64,000 nt of DNA, taken from contig CAZOVH010000001.1 in NCBI GenBank assembly GCA_964583675.1, forward strand, positions 17,754 to 81,753. Direction: 5' to 3'. Each line of letters begins with the position of its first letter. The stretch's first letter is position 1. Under the pieces are notes generated by a model. It searched no databases. It was given only the letters and a program-made list of their open reading frames with translations, and was not told the DNA's origin. The position numbers and the translations under genes are program-made. This document shows, piece after piece, positions 1 to 9,638 of this stretch. The stretch is from an uncultured Candidatus Saccharibacteria bacterium (GTDB lineage: Bacteria; Patescibacteriota; Saccharimonadia; CAILAD01; GCA-016700035).

Positions 1-185
1 TGTCCTGCCAGCGCCTCCGTTGGCATCACCATCTTCATGCCACAAATCTTCAAGCCCTTACGTTCAAAACGCGTAACTAGTTCACCGACTATCTGGCGCT
101 TAACTGCATCCGGCTTAAGGAGTACAAGAGTACGCTCATTACGCAGCTCAATGAGCTTTTTATCATCTGCAAGTGACTTGGTCAT
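1..185 (-). CDS. ndk: Nucleoside diphosphate kinase, N-terminal part only. The gene continues past the window start.
   Basis: Minus-strand translation from the ATG at 185..183 reads MTKSLADDKKLIELRNERTLVLLKPDAVKRQIVGELVTRFERKGLKI. This matches the NDK N-terminal consensus (ERTf..iKPDgVqR..vGEii.RFE.KGf.l). The ORF runs off the 5' edge. Confidence 0.7.
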   Translation of the reverse strand, partial: MTKSLADDKKLIELRNERTLVLLKPDAVKRQIVGELVTRFERKGLKICGMKMVMPTEALAG

Positions 186-193
186 AGTTTCCC

Positions 194-1468
194 CTATCTA
201 ATTATTTCTGTTAATTGAGCGGCATTATCATGCGGACCAATGATCGCCATACGCATACCATTTGGATCGAGATACTGCTGGGCAAGCGACATAATCTCAT
301 CTACTTGCACAGCCTCAATGCTAGCTAGAATATCGTCTACCGACCGCACTTGTCCAGTAAGTAAGAGCTCTGCGCCAAGCCGATCTGCTACTGAGCCATT
401 GGTTTCTTGGCTCATAATGATGCGCCCTCTAAGCTGTTGCTTGACGCGTCGTAACTCGTCTTCACCAACTGGCTTGGTGCGCACTACTTCTAATTCCTGC
501 ACGATTGCTTCCAGCGCCTCTTCAACCTTGTCGTTGCTTACTCCAGCATAAATTTCCCACTTTCCGGTATCGGCGTAGCCCGTCATACCCATATACACTA
601 CATAGGCCAAGCCTTTTTCTTCGCGAATCGTATGATAGAGACGCGAACTTGGCCCACCACCCATGAGCGAACCTAATACTCTAAAAGCAGCCTCATTGTG
701 ATGCCTCAGAGGCAAACCACGGCCAGCCAACACCATATGAGTTTGGCTGGTATTCTGGTGATAAATTCTTACTTTTTCTTGCGCCAATGGACCATGGACT
801 GGAGCAAATTTGCGCGGGGCGGCCACATGTGGCGCTTGAAATAGCGGTGCGATAACCCGTTCGGCTTCTGCCAATGTGACATTACCGGCAATCGACATTA
901 CGGCATTAGATGGCACATACTGAGAAGCATGGTAACCCGCGATCACCTCTCGCGGCAAAGCTCGAATGGTATCTTCAGTGCCAAGAATATTACTGCGCAG
1001 CACATCTTCTGGCCATAGAACATCTCCGATGAGATCAAAAATATACTGACCCGGATCATCGCGATATACGTTCATTTCCTCAATAATCACTCCCCGCTCA
1101 CGATCAATTTGAGTCGGATCAAACAGCGGGCGCATCGTGAGATCGGCCAAAAGGTCGGCGATTTCAGCAAATTTATCAGAAGGAATCTTCGCGTAGTAGG
1201 AAGTAAGCTCGGCGGTTGTGTAGGCGTTCATAAACCCACCAACACCATCGACCGTCTCGGAAAGAATTTTTGCCGAAGGATACTTTTTACTTCCCTGAAA
1301 GAGCAAATGTTCCAAAAAATGCGATACACCGTACTCGCGCCGCATATCCTCATACCGACCGCCAGCCCCAAAGAAAATCTGCAACGTCACACTATCTGTA
1401 TCTGGCATGTGACGATGAGCCAGTCGCAAGCCGCCAGGTAGTTCTCGAATATATTCTGGATTTGTCAT
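194..1468 (-). CDS. M16 (pitrilysin/insulinase) family zinc peptidase
   Basis: 424 aa. An inverted zinc-binding motif HxxEH (GVSHFLEHLLFQGS) lies near the N-terminus. Two-domain length is typical of M16 peptidases. Confidence 0.85.
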   Translation of the reverse strand: MTNPEYIRELPGGLRLAHRHMPDTDSVTLQIFFGAGGRYEDMRREYGVSHFLEHLLFQGSKKYPSAKILSETVDGVGGFMNAYTTAELTSYYAKIPSDKFAEIADLLADLTMRPLFDPTQIDRERGVIIEEMNVYRDDPGQYIFDLIGDVLWPEDVLRSNILGTEDTIRALPREVIAGYHASQYVPSNAVMSIAGNVTLAEAERVIAPLFQAPHVAAPRKFAPVHGPLAQEKVRIYHQNTSQTHMVLAGRGLPLRHHNEAAFRVLGSLMGGGPSSRLYHTIREEKGLAYVVYMGMTGYADTGKWEIYAGVSNDKVEEALEAIVQELEVVRTKPVGEDELRRVKQQLRGRIIMSQETNGSVADRLGAELLLTGQVRSVDDILASIEAVQVDEIMSLAQQYLDPNGMRMAIIGPHDNAAQLTEIIR

Positions 1469-2106
1469 TTTGCTTGCTCCTCCGCCCGTAGTTTTCGTGC
1501 AGCTCTACGACTGAGTTTTTTATACATAAAGCGACCAATCAGTACAACAAGCACCAATATGATCACGTAGTCCAAATAGTGTAGGTACTCGTAATACTTG
1601 CGCCATTCTTCGCCAACAACATAGCCAAAACCAACCCAAATAAAAGTCCAAACGAAGGAGCCAATGAGAGTTTGTGTGAGGAAGCTTGAAAATGACATTT
1701 TAGCCGCACCCGCCACAAAGCCCATGTAGGTGCGCACTACTGGCGTAATACGAGAAATAAAGATGGCCTTTGCGCCGTTCTTATCGAACCAGGCTTGAGT
1801 TTTTTGGTAATCATGCATGGATATAAGGATATATTTTCCATATTTACGCACCACCGTTTCACCGCCAGTGGCTCCAATCCAGTAAGCCAGGCTTGAACCT
1901 ATAGTTTGCATCACTACCCCAAGGATAAACACAAAAAATATATCTAGACTGCCGGCCTTTGCAGCTGCGCCAGATAGCGCCAAAACAGCCTCCGAAGGAA
2001 TTGGCGCACCAGCATTATCAAGAATTAAAATAATGCTAATTCCCAAATACCCTATTTGGTTTATTACGCCAATGGCAAGTTCAAGAAAATAAGCTGAGAT
2101 ACTCAT
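1465..2106 (-). CDS. DedA/SNARE-associated (TVP38) family membrane protein
   Basis: 213 aa multi-TM protein. DedA-like motifs are present (ILILDNAGAPIPSEAVLALSGA and ISRITPVVRTYMGFVAGAAKM). Confidence 0.7.
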   Translation of the reverse strand: MSISAYFLELAIGVINQIGYLGISIILILDNAGAPIPSEAVLALSGAAAKAGSLDIFFVFILGVVMQTIGSSLAYWIGATGGETVVRKYGKYILISMHDYQKTQAWFDKNGAKAIFISRITPVVRTYMGFVAGAAKMSFSSFLTQTLIGSFVWTFIWVGFGYVVGEEWRKYYEYLHYLDYVIILVLVVLIGRFMYKKLSRRAARKLRAEEQAK

Positions 2107-2153
2107 GCGTAAACTCTATTGTACCGCACTCAAGCGCACAGTCCGATACCACA

Positions 2154-4082
2154 TTACTGTTGGATCTGAGTTTCAAGCTCTTGGGCTGGCTGATACTTCG
2201 GCGAAAGTAAGCGGGCCCGAGCCAGCGATTGTGCAGCTGCTGCCTGATCTCCAGATTCTAGCTGCAGCTGAGCCTGCAAAGTCAGTGCAATTGCTACCCT
2301 ATCGGCAATATTTACAAAACTGCGGTTTGCAATGACTTCGTCGCTGTATTCTTGCGTGATACCACCTAATACCTCTAAAGCCTCCTGCGTAAAGCCTTCT
2401 TGCGCCAAGAGCTGTGCATAGCTTATCTGATACTGTGGGTTATTAAATGGATCAAGCTCAACCGCACGACGATATGCAGCTAGAGCCTCAGAGGTCTTAC
2501 CGAGCCGCTCACTGGCATTCCCTAACGCGTACCAATGGCGGGCATCGCGTGGCTCACGACGGGTTGCCTCGGTAGCTAAACGCGCCGCTCGCTCAGCATA
2601 TTTTGGCTGCGGGGTTTCTTCCGCATCATACATATCCACCCAAAACAGTGCGGCCTGCGACAAAGTATCTGGCGGCACCACTGGTGTCTGCAAGAGCGCT
2701 TCGTATCGCTCACCAGCTTCCTGCATATCATATGGTGCCACCACATCAATATAGGCCTGATCGACCCTTGAAAGATACAGCTGATATGTAAACCAGGTAG
2801 CAAACAGCATAACTAGTGCAGCTAGGCCAAACCCCGTCATAGCACGGCGATCTTTCAGCCGGAATTCACCATGCTCTTTCGGGATTGGCACCGCCAAAGC
2901 AGCCAGCACAAGAAAGATTATTATGAGCGTGGGATAGTTTGTGGCCAAATCAACAAAGCTATGCAACGCAACAACAATCAGGGCAATTCGGCTTGCCCAT
3001 ATAACTGGCGAGCGCTTTAGTGCACGCTCCTTCCAAAAATAACCAATTGAGGCGGCAACAATTACAAGAAACGCTACAAAACCAACCGCGCCTAGCTCCA
3101 CTAAAATCTGCACAGGTAATGAATGTGGGTTATTAGTAGCGGTTACAGCACTACGCTGAAAAGCCGGATGCACTTCTTTATATGTGCCCACTCCCCAACC
3201 AAGTACCGGCTTTTCGGCAAACATCGCCGTTCCCTCACGCCAAAAATCAATGCGGTCTGCCACACTTTGCGATTGGGCAGAATCTGAAAGCCGACTAGCC
3301 ACCGCTACAACCGGCTTCTCAAGATAAGTTCGCGCGCTAGTTGCTGCCAGACCAAGTGCCACGGATGCCACTGCTACACCGGCCAAAATCACAGCAGCTC
3401 GTTTACGTTGCTCCGAGCGCCACCAGAGAAGTCCGACGAGCACCAAAGCGATAAGCCAAGCAGCGCGTGAGTACGTTACAAAAAATGCTGTTCCCAATAA
3501 TAGCGACACATATACCCATACGCTCGGCCGGTCTTCGCTGTGTCGAATAGCCAAATCCAAACTAAACGGCAATGCCGCAAGTAAATATGTAGCAAACGGA
3601 TTTGGCCAGAAGAACAGCGAGGTTGCCCGCTCGTAATCTCCAACGAGATACATACCCAGACCAATGGCACTCACCACCACCGCTACCAGCAAGAAAATCT
3701 TTACTAAGAAGCCCCGAGCCCGAGCACTACGAAACACATCTCGTGCCACTACAAATACAATTGAGGCACTCATGATAGTGACCAGCGCAAGGATTGACTC
3801 AAACTGACTCACTGACCACAGCAAGCTAATAAAGGCCGTGACTACCAGCACTAGCCCCGGCACCATTACCCAACGCGGACGCAAGCTAATAGCTAAGGCT
3901 CGATCACGCGATAAGAGTACCCAGCTCACCAGCAGTAAAAGACTTAGCCCCGATTGTACGACTAGCCCAAAAGGATCACGCCCACCAATAAACCATGGCA
4001 CCATGAGTAGCGAAAGGAACAAAACTGGTAGCACCAGCTCTCGCGACAACTCCAACCGCTTTTTTGCAAGTCCCCCAAACAT
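2154..4082 (-). CDS. O-antigen ligase (Wzy_C)-like polytopic membrane protein with C-terminal TPR repeats
   Basis: 642 aa with about 10 TM helices. A Wzy_C-like signature is present (NPHSLPVQILVELGAVGF). The C-terminal roughly 200 aa is TPR-like (AYRRAVELDPFNNPQYQISYAQLLAQEG). Confidence 0.6.
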   Translation of the reverse strand: MFGGLAKKRLELSRELVLPVLFLSLLMVPWFIGGRDPFGLVVQSGLSLLLLVSWVLLSRDRALAISLRPRWVMVPGLVLVVTAFISLLWSVSQFESILALVTIMSASIVFVVARDVFRSARARGFLVKIFLLVAVVVSAIGLGMYLVGDYERATSLFFWPNPFATYLLAALPFSLDLAIRHSEDRPSVWVYVSLLLGTAFFVTYSRAAWLIALVLVGLLWWRSEQRKRAAVILAGVAVASVALGLAATSARTYLEKPVVAVASRLSDSAQSQSVADRIDFWREGTAMFAEKPVLGWGVGTYKEVHPAFQRSAVTATNNPHSLPVQILVELGAVGFVAFLVIVAASIGYFWKERALKRSPVIWASRIALIVVALHSFVDLATNYPTLIIIFLVLAALAVPIPKEHGEFRLKDRRAMTGFGLAALVMLFATWFTYQLYLSRVDQAYIDVVAPYDMQEAGERYEALLQTPVVPPDTLSQAALFWVDMYDAEETPQPKYAERAARLATEATRREPRDARHWYALGNASERLGKTSEALAAYRRAVELDPFNNPQYQISYAQLLAQEGFTQEALEVLGGITQEYSDEVIANRSFVNIADRVAIALTLQAQLQLESGDQAAAAQSLARARLLSPKYQPAQELETQIQQ

Positions 4083-4162
4083 GCCTTCATTTTACTCCTT
4101 CATGCGTACATGTCCAATCTGGAGGCTTTGCAGCCTCTTGAGAAAAGCCTTATGCTAGAGAT

Positions 4163-5074
4163 ATGTTTTCAGATTATCTCGCCGAATTTCTTGATGCCCT
4201 CGAGCTAGAGCGTGGCCGTAGCCTTAAAACCATCGAGAATTACAGCCATTACCTCAATCGCTTTTACGAATACGCCGGCGATATTCAGGTGGCAAAAATC
4301 AACGACAAAACGATTGCCGGCTGGCGCAAATGGCTGAATCGACTGAGGCTCGATGATGGCCGCAGCGTAAGCATCACCACGATTAACTATCATTTAATAG
4401 CCATGCGCTCTTTCCTAAAGTACCTAGCCCGCCAAGATGTGGAATCACTCCCCCCAGAGCGCATCGAGCTGGCAAAAGCCGCTCGTCCACAAGTAGCATT
4501 TTTGGATGCCGAAGAAGTCGCAAGACTTGTAGAAGCAGTGTCCGGCAATGATCTAGCTGGCAAACGCGATCGAGCTATGGTGCTGCTCCTCTTTTCTGGC
4601 GGCCTACGCGTTTCAGAGCTAGTTAGCCTCAATCGAGACGACGTCAACACAGCTCGAGGCGAATTTACCATTCGTGGTAAAGGGCAAAAAGATCGTCCCG
4701 TATTCCTCTCCGAGCTGGCCTCAGGATCGCTCAACGAGTACCTCGCTCTGCGCAAAGATAAAGATGATGCGCTCTTCATCCACCTAGCTCACAAAAAATC
4801 TGATGAATCCAACGAAACTGCCAGACTCACACCGAGGAGTGTACAGCGCATTATCGAGCGTGGCAGAGTAGCTGCAGGAATCACCAAGCGCGTAACTCCC
4901 CACACATTGCGTCACTCCTTCGCAACCGACCTACTTTCCCATGGCGCAGACCTCAGGAGCGTACAAGAGCTTCTGGGCCACGCTAACGTTGCAACCACAC
5001 AAGTGTATACCCATATAACTAACCCCAAGCTCAAAGAAGTTCACCAAAAGTTCCACTCCGATAATCAAAAATAG
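4163..5074 (+). CDS. Tyrosine site-specific recombinase, XerC/XerD family
   Basis: 303 aa. C-terminal catalytic motifs are present (HTLRHSFATDLLSHGADLRSVQELLGHANVATTQVYTHI). These include the catalytic Tyr and the R...HxxR residues. Core-binding domain at the N-terminus. Confidence 0.85.
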   Translation: MFSDYLAEFLDALELERGRSLKTIENYSHYLNRFYEYAGDIQVAKINDKTIAGWRKWLNRLRLDDGRSVSITTINYHLIAMRSFLKYLARQDVESLPPERIELAKAARPQVAFLDAEEVARLVEAVSGNDLAGKRDRAMVLLLFSGGLRVSELVSLNRDDVNTARGEFTIRGKGQKDRPVFLSELASGSLNEYLALRKDKDDALFIHLAHKKSDESNETARLTPRSVQRIIERGRVAAGITKRVTPHTLRHSFATDLLSHGADLRSVQELLGHANVATTQVYTHITNPKLKEVHQKFHSDNQK

Positions 5075-5095
5075 CCCCGAAGGGCTATTTTTAAG
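5067..5095. terminator. Bidirectional rho-independent terminator between convergent genes
   Basis: aaaaATAGCCCcgaaGGGCTATttttt. A perfect 7-bp stem with a cgaa tetraloop is flanked by an A-tract and a T-tract. It sits between the xer stop (5074) and the stop of the last pilus-operon gene (5110). Confidence 0.7.
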
Positions 5096-5109
5096 TAATC
5101 TCATACAGC

Positions 5110-6477
5110 CTATACGTCTTGGTCGGTGGTACCACAGTCGTTCTTACCAGCATCGGCATTTGGCTGCTTGCTACCTACACCAGTTGCCGGATCAGATGCC
5201 CAACGATAATCTGGTGCTCCACGATAGTCACGGTAGATGCGCATATTCTTACAAATATCAGCGCCGGAGAAAATTGCATTGTCGAACACGCCATCATATA
5301 CGGTTGGAACAAGCTGCTTCTTAGCGAGTACGCGGCGGAAGTAGTCACCCGAACGAGCCGTTACGTCAATGGTGGCGTTACCATCCGGCATGTATACCGG
5401 CGTTACCCTATCGGCGGCGTAAAAACGAATGCGATAGCTAGCAGAGTTGTAACGTGGGCGAACACGTAAGAACATAGTACTATTCTCAAAGTTGGCAGTA
5501 GAGCTACTATCATAATACACATTAGTAGTGCCATTATTTATTTCAGTCCTGGCCAAGTTAGCCAAATCATACAGCGAGCCGTCACTATTCTTCATCGTGC
5601 AGCTATACTCTACAGTTGCAGAATTGGTACAGTCGGTTCGCACAAAGCTTTGCAATGCACCAGGGTCAATCTGGCCACCGCCATCCTTTGCAGCATCTAC
5701 ATAGGTACTATTTGGGTAGGTAGCGGTGTTCCAAGGAGAAAAGTCTGAGTAATTACAGCCGGCAGTCGGGCAAGCCGGTGATGCAATTACCGTACGCACT
5801 GGGAACACTCCTGCAAGTCCACCTTGATTAATGGTTGCCTTATTCACTTGTCCTGCATTATTACTGCCAAACCAGGTAGATGTAACTTCGAGCGCAGCTG
5901 CCCCCTGCCACACAGGCGAGTCAGGATTATAGGTTGGCAACCAGCTTGAGAGCCTGTTAATGAGCACCTGAGAAGCCGGTGCATCAGCTGCATCGCGAGG
6001 ATCATTCCACTCTATAGACATGTAGCGAGCCTGCAAATACGGTGCGGTCTCATCGGGACCAGAGCGCCCCCTGCCCAGGTTCAGACTTAAGCTTTCATCA
6101 ACATCAAGCTGACCGGTAAGCTCATCTTGCACCACGGTAACCGTACGGCAAGTCCAGGCCACATCTGGCCCGGTTGACGGATCAGACACACGTACTTCTG
6201 TGCCACTGTTTGAGGCATTGCAAGTAGACTCTCTAAACTTTGGATCATCACCCAACCTACGTACAGCATCCTCTACACCAGCCTCCGCCGCATAGAGCGC
6301 ACGGTTTGCATTATCTGAATTGATAGACTGGCGGATTTCTCGAGTTGCAATGGTAGTAATACCGACAAATAACACAACAAGAATGGCGGAAACCGCGATT
6401 GTCGTTATCAGGGCTGCCGAACCTTGCTGTCGACGCTGCAAAATTTTCCTCACTCTATGAACCATAACTGTTTTCAT
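5110..6477 (-). CDS. Type IV pilus PilX-N-like minor pilin / pilus-associated protein (455 aa)
   Basis: N-terminus RRQQGSAALITTIAVSAILVVLFVGITTIATREIRQS resembles the PilX_N hydrophobic segment. The extracellular part is large, rich in N/T/S and has several Cys. It is the last gene of the pilus array. Confidence 0.55.
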   Translation of the reverse strand: MKTVMVHRVRKILQRRQQGSAALITTIAVSAILVVLFVGITTIATREIRQSINSDNANRALYAAEAGVEDAVRRLGDDPKFRESTCNASNSGTEVRVSDPSTGPDVAWTCRTVTVVQDELTGQLDVDESLSLNLGRGRSGPDETAPYLQARYMSIEWNDPRDAADAPASQVLINRLSSWLPTYNPDSPVWQGAAALEVTSTWFGSNNAGQVNKATINQGGLAGVFPVRTVIASPACPTAGCNYSDFSPWNTATYPNSTYVDAAKDGGGQIDPGALQSFVRTDCTNSATVEYSCTMKNSDGSLYDLANLARTEINNGTTNVYYDSSSTANFENSTMFLRVRPRYNSASYRIRFYAADRVTPVYMPDGNATIDVTARSGDYFRRVLAKKQLVPTVYDGVFDNAIFSGADICKNMRIYRDYRGAPDYRWASDPATGVGSKQPNADAGKNDCGTTDQDV

Positions 6478-6508
6478 GCTACCCTTTTAGACTGCAGAAT
6501 GCAATAAG

Positions 6509-7165
6509 TTAGTCATTTCTCGAAATTACGACCGACTGCAACATTGTCCCCGCCCCAAACTGATCGGAAACTGCCGCCGTTGAATTCTTTGATGGCGCTG
6601 TTGCCCCACGGAATACCCCAATGCGCACCTGCCAAACCACTGGCCCAATGCCTCCAGTAGTCGCAACTTGCGAAATCTTAAATGGAGCAGTATCTGGAGC
6701 AATACCATCGTCAGTGCTGGTATCCGGCCACAGATTTGGTGCAAGCTTTTCTGACCACACATCCGAGCTTGTAACCAGCACTGCTTGGGAGAAATCCGTA
6801 CAACTTGTGGAGCGCACTAGAACATAATGTTGACGGTTTGGATCCGGAATATACCCTAGCCCATAGCCCACATTTTGACCTCCTGTATCCAGACAGTGCA
6901 AAGCCAATACCGGCCGCGTCCCATATGAAGGGGCGGTGACTGGTTTAGTAACACGAATTGTCTGTCGCAAGTCTCGCGTGAGTGCATCCATTGCTTTTCG
7001 CGCCTCTTCTTGAGTTCTAGTAAGGCTTTGGGCTTTATTATAAATACCAAAAATACCAATAAAGCCAATCAGGCACATGAGCACTATCGCTGTGTACAAT
7101 GCAATCGAAAAAGTAAGTTCGAGCAATGTGTAGCCACCACGTTTCCGATGTAGCACTCTCTTCAT
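6509..7165 (-). CDS. Type IV minor pilin / pseudopilin (prepilin-type N-terminus)
   Basis: 218 aa. N-terminus MKRVLHRKRGGYTLLELTFSIALYTAIVLMCL fits the class III signal (G|YTLLE with Glu+5) plus a hydrophobic helix. Confidence 0.65.
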   Translation of the reverse strand: MKRVLHRKRGGYTLLELTFSIALYTAIVLMCLIGFIGIFGIYNKAQSLTRTQEEARKAMDALTRDLRQTIRVTKPVTAPSYGTRPVLALHCLDTGGQNVGYGLGYIPDPNRQHYVLVRSTSCTDFSQAVLVTSSDVWSEKLAPNLWPDTSTDDGIAPDTAPFKISQVATTGGIGPVVWQVRIGVFRGATAPSKNSTAAVSDQFGAGTMLQSVVISRND

Positions 7166-7779
7166 TATCGTGGCTCCGTAATTATGGTACTTGCAGTCGC
7201 ATTACTAGCAATACCGTTAGCATCTGTCCAGGTGGCACGAACAACAAATGTTATGGCTGATATATTTGTATCATTTGGCAATGAACTACCCGCGCTAATG
7301 GGATTTGTACCTGGAAAACCCTCCATAAAATATGATTCCGGAACTATCTCAATATCAAACTCACCGGCAGAAGCTACGTTTACATTTGCACCAACTGGCT
7401 TAATGTTTTCTAATGCTCCGTCCTGAACAACAAACTTACACTCATTTATCGTACCAGGTGCGGCCGTTGATTGATCGCAGGCAAACTCGTTCGGAATTAT
7501 CGAACCGTCCGCCTGCTCAAGACCTATATTAATCACAGACTTACCACTTACATCGTTTATAAACCTATCCCAATCAAAGTTTTCTGTCTCGCGATATGCC
7601 TTGATTGCCTCTATCGATTGCTGGATCATATACTGAGCTTGCGTTCGTTGATTGGCAGCAGTAGCATTGCGCCATGCACCAAGCGCTGCTGCATATGCCA
7701 AGGTCAGGACTGTACTCACAATAGCCATAGCAAAAATAATTTCTACGAGAGTCATTCCTTGTCTACGTCGCATCATCAT
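7165..7779 (-). CDS. Type IV minor pilin (prepilin-type N-terminus)
   Basis: 204 aa. N-terminus MMMRRRQGMTLVEIIFAMAIVSTVL gives G|MTLVE with Glu+5. Start and stop overlap the flanking pilin genes. Confidence 0.65.
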   Translation of the reverse strand: MMMRRRQGMTLVEIIFAMAIVSTVLTLAYAAALGAWRNATAANQRTQAQYMIQQSIEAIKAYRETENFDWDRFINDVSGKSVINIGLEQADGSIIPNEFACDQSTAAPGTINECKFVVQDGALENIKPVGANVNVASAGEFDIEIVPESYFMEGFPGTNPISAGSSLPNDTNISAITFVVRATWTDANGIASNATASTIITEPR

Positions 7780-8718
7780 CTACCTCGTCACCAACGTAGT
7801 GGTACCATCCACTAAATTAAAGTTAATCTCAGCCTTAAAACGAGGCTCTCCGGGAGATCCAGCTTTTCGCTCAACGCTTCCAAAGCGCCACAGCACCGCA
7901 CATGGCTGACTACGTAAACGTGTAGCGGCACTTGGAGAAACTGATCCATATTGATAACTTGCATCATCGTAACTCCCCAGCCAAGCGGGCGTCGGCGAAG
8001 ATGCTGTGCCAGACCACCATGGTTTCGCTCCATTAAAGACCCCCGTTGTGTCGAATGTAGAGACATTTGCATTTGGCCAAAAAGTATTATATCCACCCGT
8101 GGTGCGCCTAAAAACCACTAACGACTCGTTAGTAGCACTCCTAAAATCTTGGTATCCTGCCGACGATCCAGATAAAGTTTCTGGTAAGTTTCTCCAGGGG
8201 CTATATGCACCTGTAGTGCACTGTCCATCTCCAAAAACCGTAAATCCCTCTAGTTTTAGAGTGGCTGGCAACTCAACTTCTTTATTCGCATAACTTGTCA
8301 CGAGCAGAGATTGCAAAGGCGCTAAATCCGACTCTTTATCTTTCTTCAAATAAAATATCTTAAGTTTAGTAAATGTATCACCGGTATTTGGCACAGAAAT
8401 CGCAACAGCGGTACCAAAAACTTCTTCACCCTTACCAATTACACATTTGTCTAAACCTATCTCTCTATCTTCATTATTGCAAACAGATGCACTGCCGAGA
8501 TCATATCCAGGCACCTGGCTAGAAGTATTCTGACTTTGTACTTCTCGTATGCGAGACTCTACCTGACGCACTTCATTATAAAAATCCGAGCTCTTTTGAG
8601 TGTCAAACCATGCGAAAGCCCCACCAATCATCAAGCTGGCGATACCCAAAACCATAATGACTTCTACTAAGGAAACACCAGATTGAGTGCGTCGAATTTG
8701 TTTGTGCGGTATCTTCAT
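7780..8718 (-). CDS. Type IV minor pilin (prepilin-type N-terminus)
   Basis: 312 aa. N-terminus RRTQSGVSLVEVIMVLGIASLMIGGAFAW gives G|VSLVE with Glu+5, followed by a large globular domain. Confidence 0.6.
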   Translation of the reverse strand: MKIPHKQIRRTQSGVSLVEVIMVLGIASLMIGGAFAWFDTQKSSDFYNEVRQVESRIREVQSQNTSSQVPGYDLGSASVCNNEDREIGLDKCVIGKGEEVFGTAVAISVPNTGDTFTKLKIFYLKKDKESDLAPLQSLLVTSYANKEVELPATLKLEGFTVFGDGQCTTGAYSPWRNLPETLSGSSAGYQDFRSATNESLVVFRRTTGGYNTFWPNANVSTFDTTGVFNGAKPWWSGTASSPTPAWLGSYDDASYQYGSVSPSAATRLRSQPCAVLWRFGSVERKAGSPGEPRFKAEINFNLVDGTTTLVTR

Positions 8719-8760
8719 AAAAATAATTCTGATTCGACTATCAGTATACCACTTATGCTA

Positions 8761-9561
8761 TTAGACGAATATTCCTAAATACCAGTTTAAAAGAGCTTCA
8801 CCAAAGAAGAATCCAGCGAATAATCCAATTATAAGAAATGGACCAAACGCAATCATGCTCTTGCGGGTTTTTTTATGTATGGCAATTAGCGCCAAACCGA
8901 TGATTGCGCCTAGGTTAAAGGCCACAAATATAGCCACTACCAATTGGACTCCAGTTAGTACCAGTCCCATTATTGCAGCTAGCCAAATATCTCCGTCGCC
9001 TATCCAAGTTCCCTTTGATATGAGCCAGACTAAAAAGAAGGCTCCCCCGAATAACAACGCTGCCACAAGTCGAGCGATAAGCTCCGACAGGCTCCCCATG
9101 CCAACAGCGCTCAATATTGCTAACGCAAGCGCAAACACCACCGCCGGCACCATAAAAGCATCCGGGAGTAACATCCACTTAGCATCATACACAAGCGCGG
9201 CCAGCAACAGTGATGCTAGCGCAAGCCAAGCTAGTAAGCTCACCCACTCCAGCGTATTCGCTGGATCAAGATAGAAAAATAGACTCACCCATACAGTAGC
9301 GTTTGCGAGCTCTACCGCCGGGTACTGCCAAGAAATTGGCTTATGGCACGTGCGGCATTTCCCGCGCAGAGCCAGCCATGAGAACACTGGAATTAGCTCA
9401 TACCACCTAAGCGGGGTTTTACAATGTGGACACATGCTGCGGCCCTTGGAGACCTTTCTATGCGTGTGGAGGCGCCACACCCAGGCATTCAAGAACGAGC
9501 CTACTAGTAAGCCATACACAAAGACCATTACGGCCAGCATTAGTATCCACTCAGTCTCCAT
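8761..9561 (-). CDS. pilD: Prepilin peptidase (A24 family) PilD
   Basis: 266 aa polytopic protein. The N-terminus carries the tetra-Cys motif typical of PilD (CPHCKTPL...CRTCHKPI). The core is Asp-containing and hydrophobic. Confidence 0.85.
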   Translation of the reverse strand: METEWILMLAVMVFVYGLLVGSFLNAWVWRLHTHRKVSKGRSMCPHCKTPLRWYELIPVFSWLALRGKCRTCHKPISWQYPAVELANATVWVSLFFYLDPANTLEWVSLLAWLALASLLLAALVYDAKWMLLPDAFMVPAVVFALALAILSAVGMGSLSELIARLVAALLFGGAFFLVWLISKGTWIGDGDIWLAAIMGLVLTGVQLVVAIFVAFNLGAIIGLALIAIHKKTRKSMIAFGPFLIIGLFAGFFFGEALLNWYLGIFV

Positions 9562-9595
9562 TCCTCACATTATATGGCAAAGCATAACTAATAAC

Positions 9596-9620
9596 CAAAA
9601 AGCCCCCGAAGGGGCTATTG
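9596..9620 (-). terminator. Rho-independent terminator downstream of pilA
   Basis: On the minus strand this reads aatAGCCCCttcgGGGGCTttttgg. A 6-bp GC-rich stem with a 4-nt loop is followed by a T-tract. It lies between the pilA stop (9639) and the pilD start (9561). Confidence 0.7.
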
Positions 9621-9638
9621 GCTGTTCAATTAATTGGA

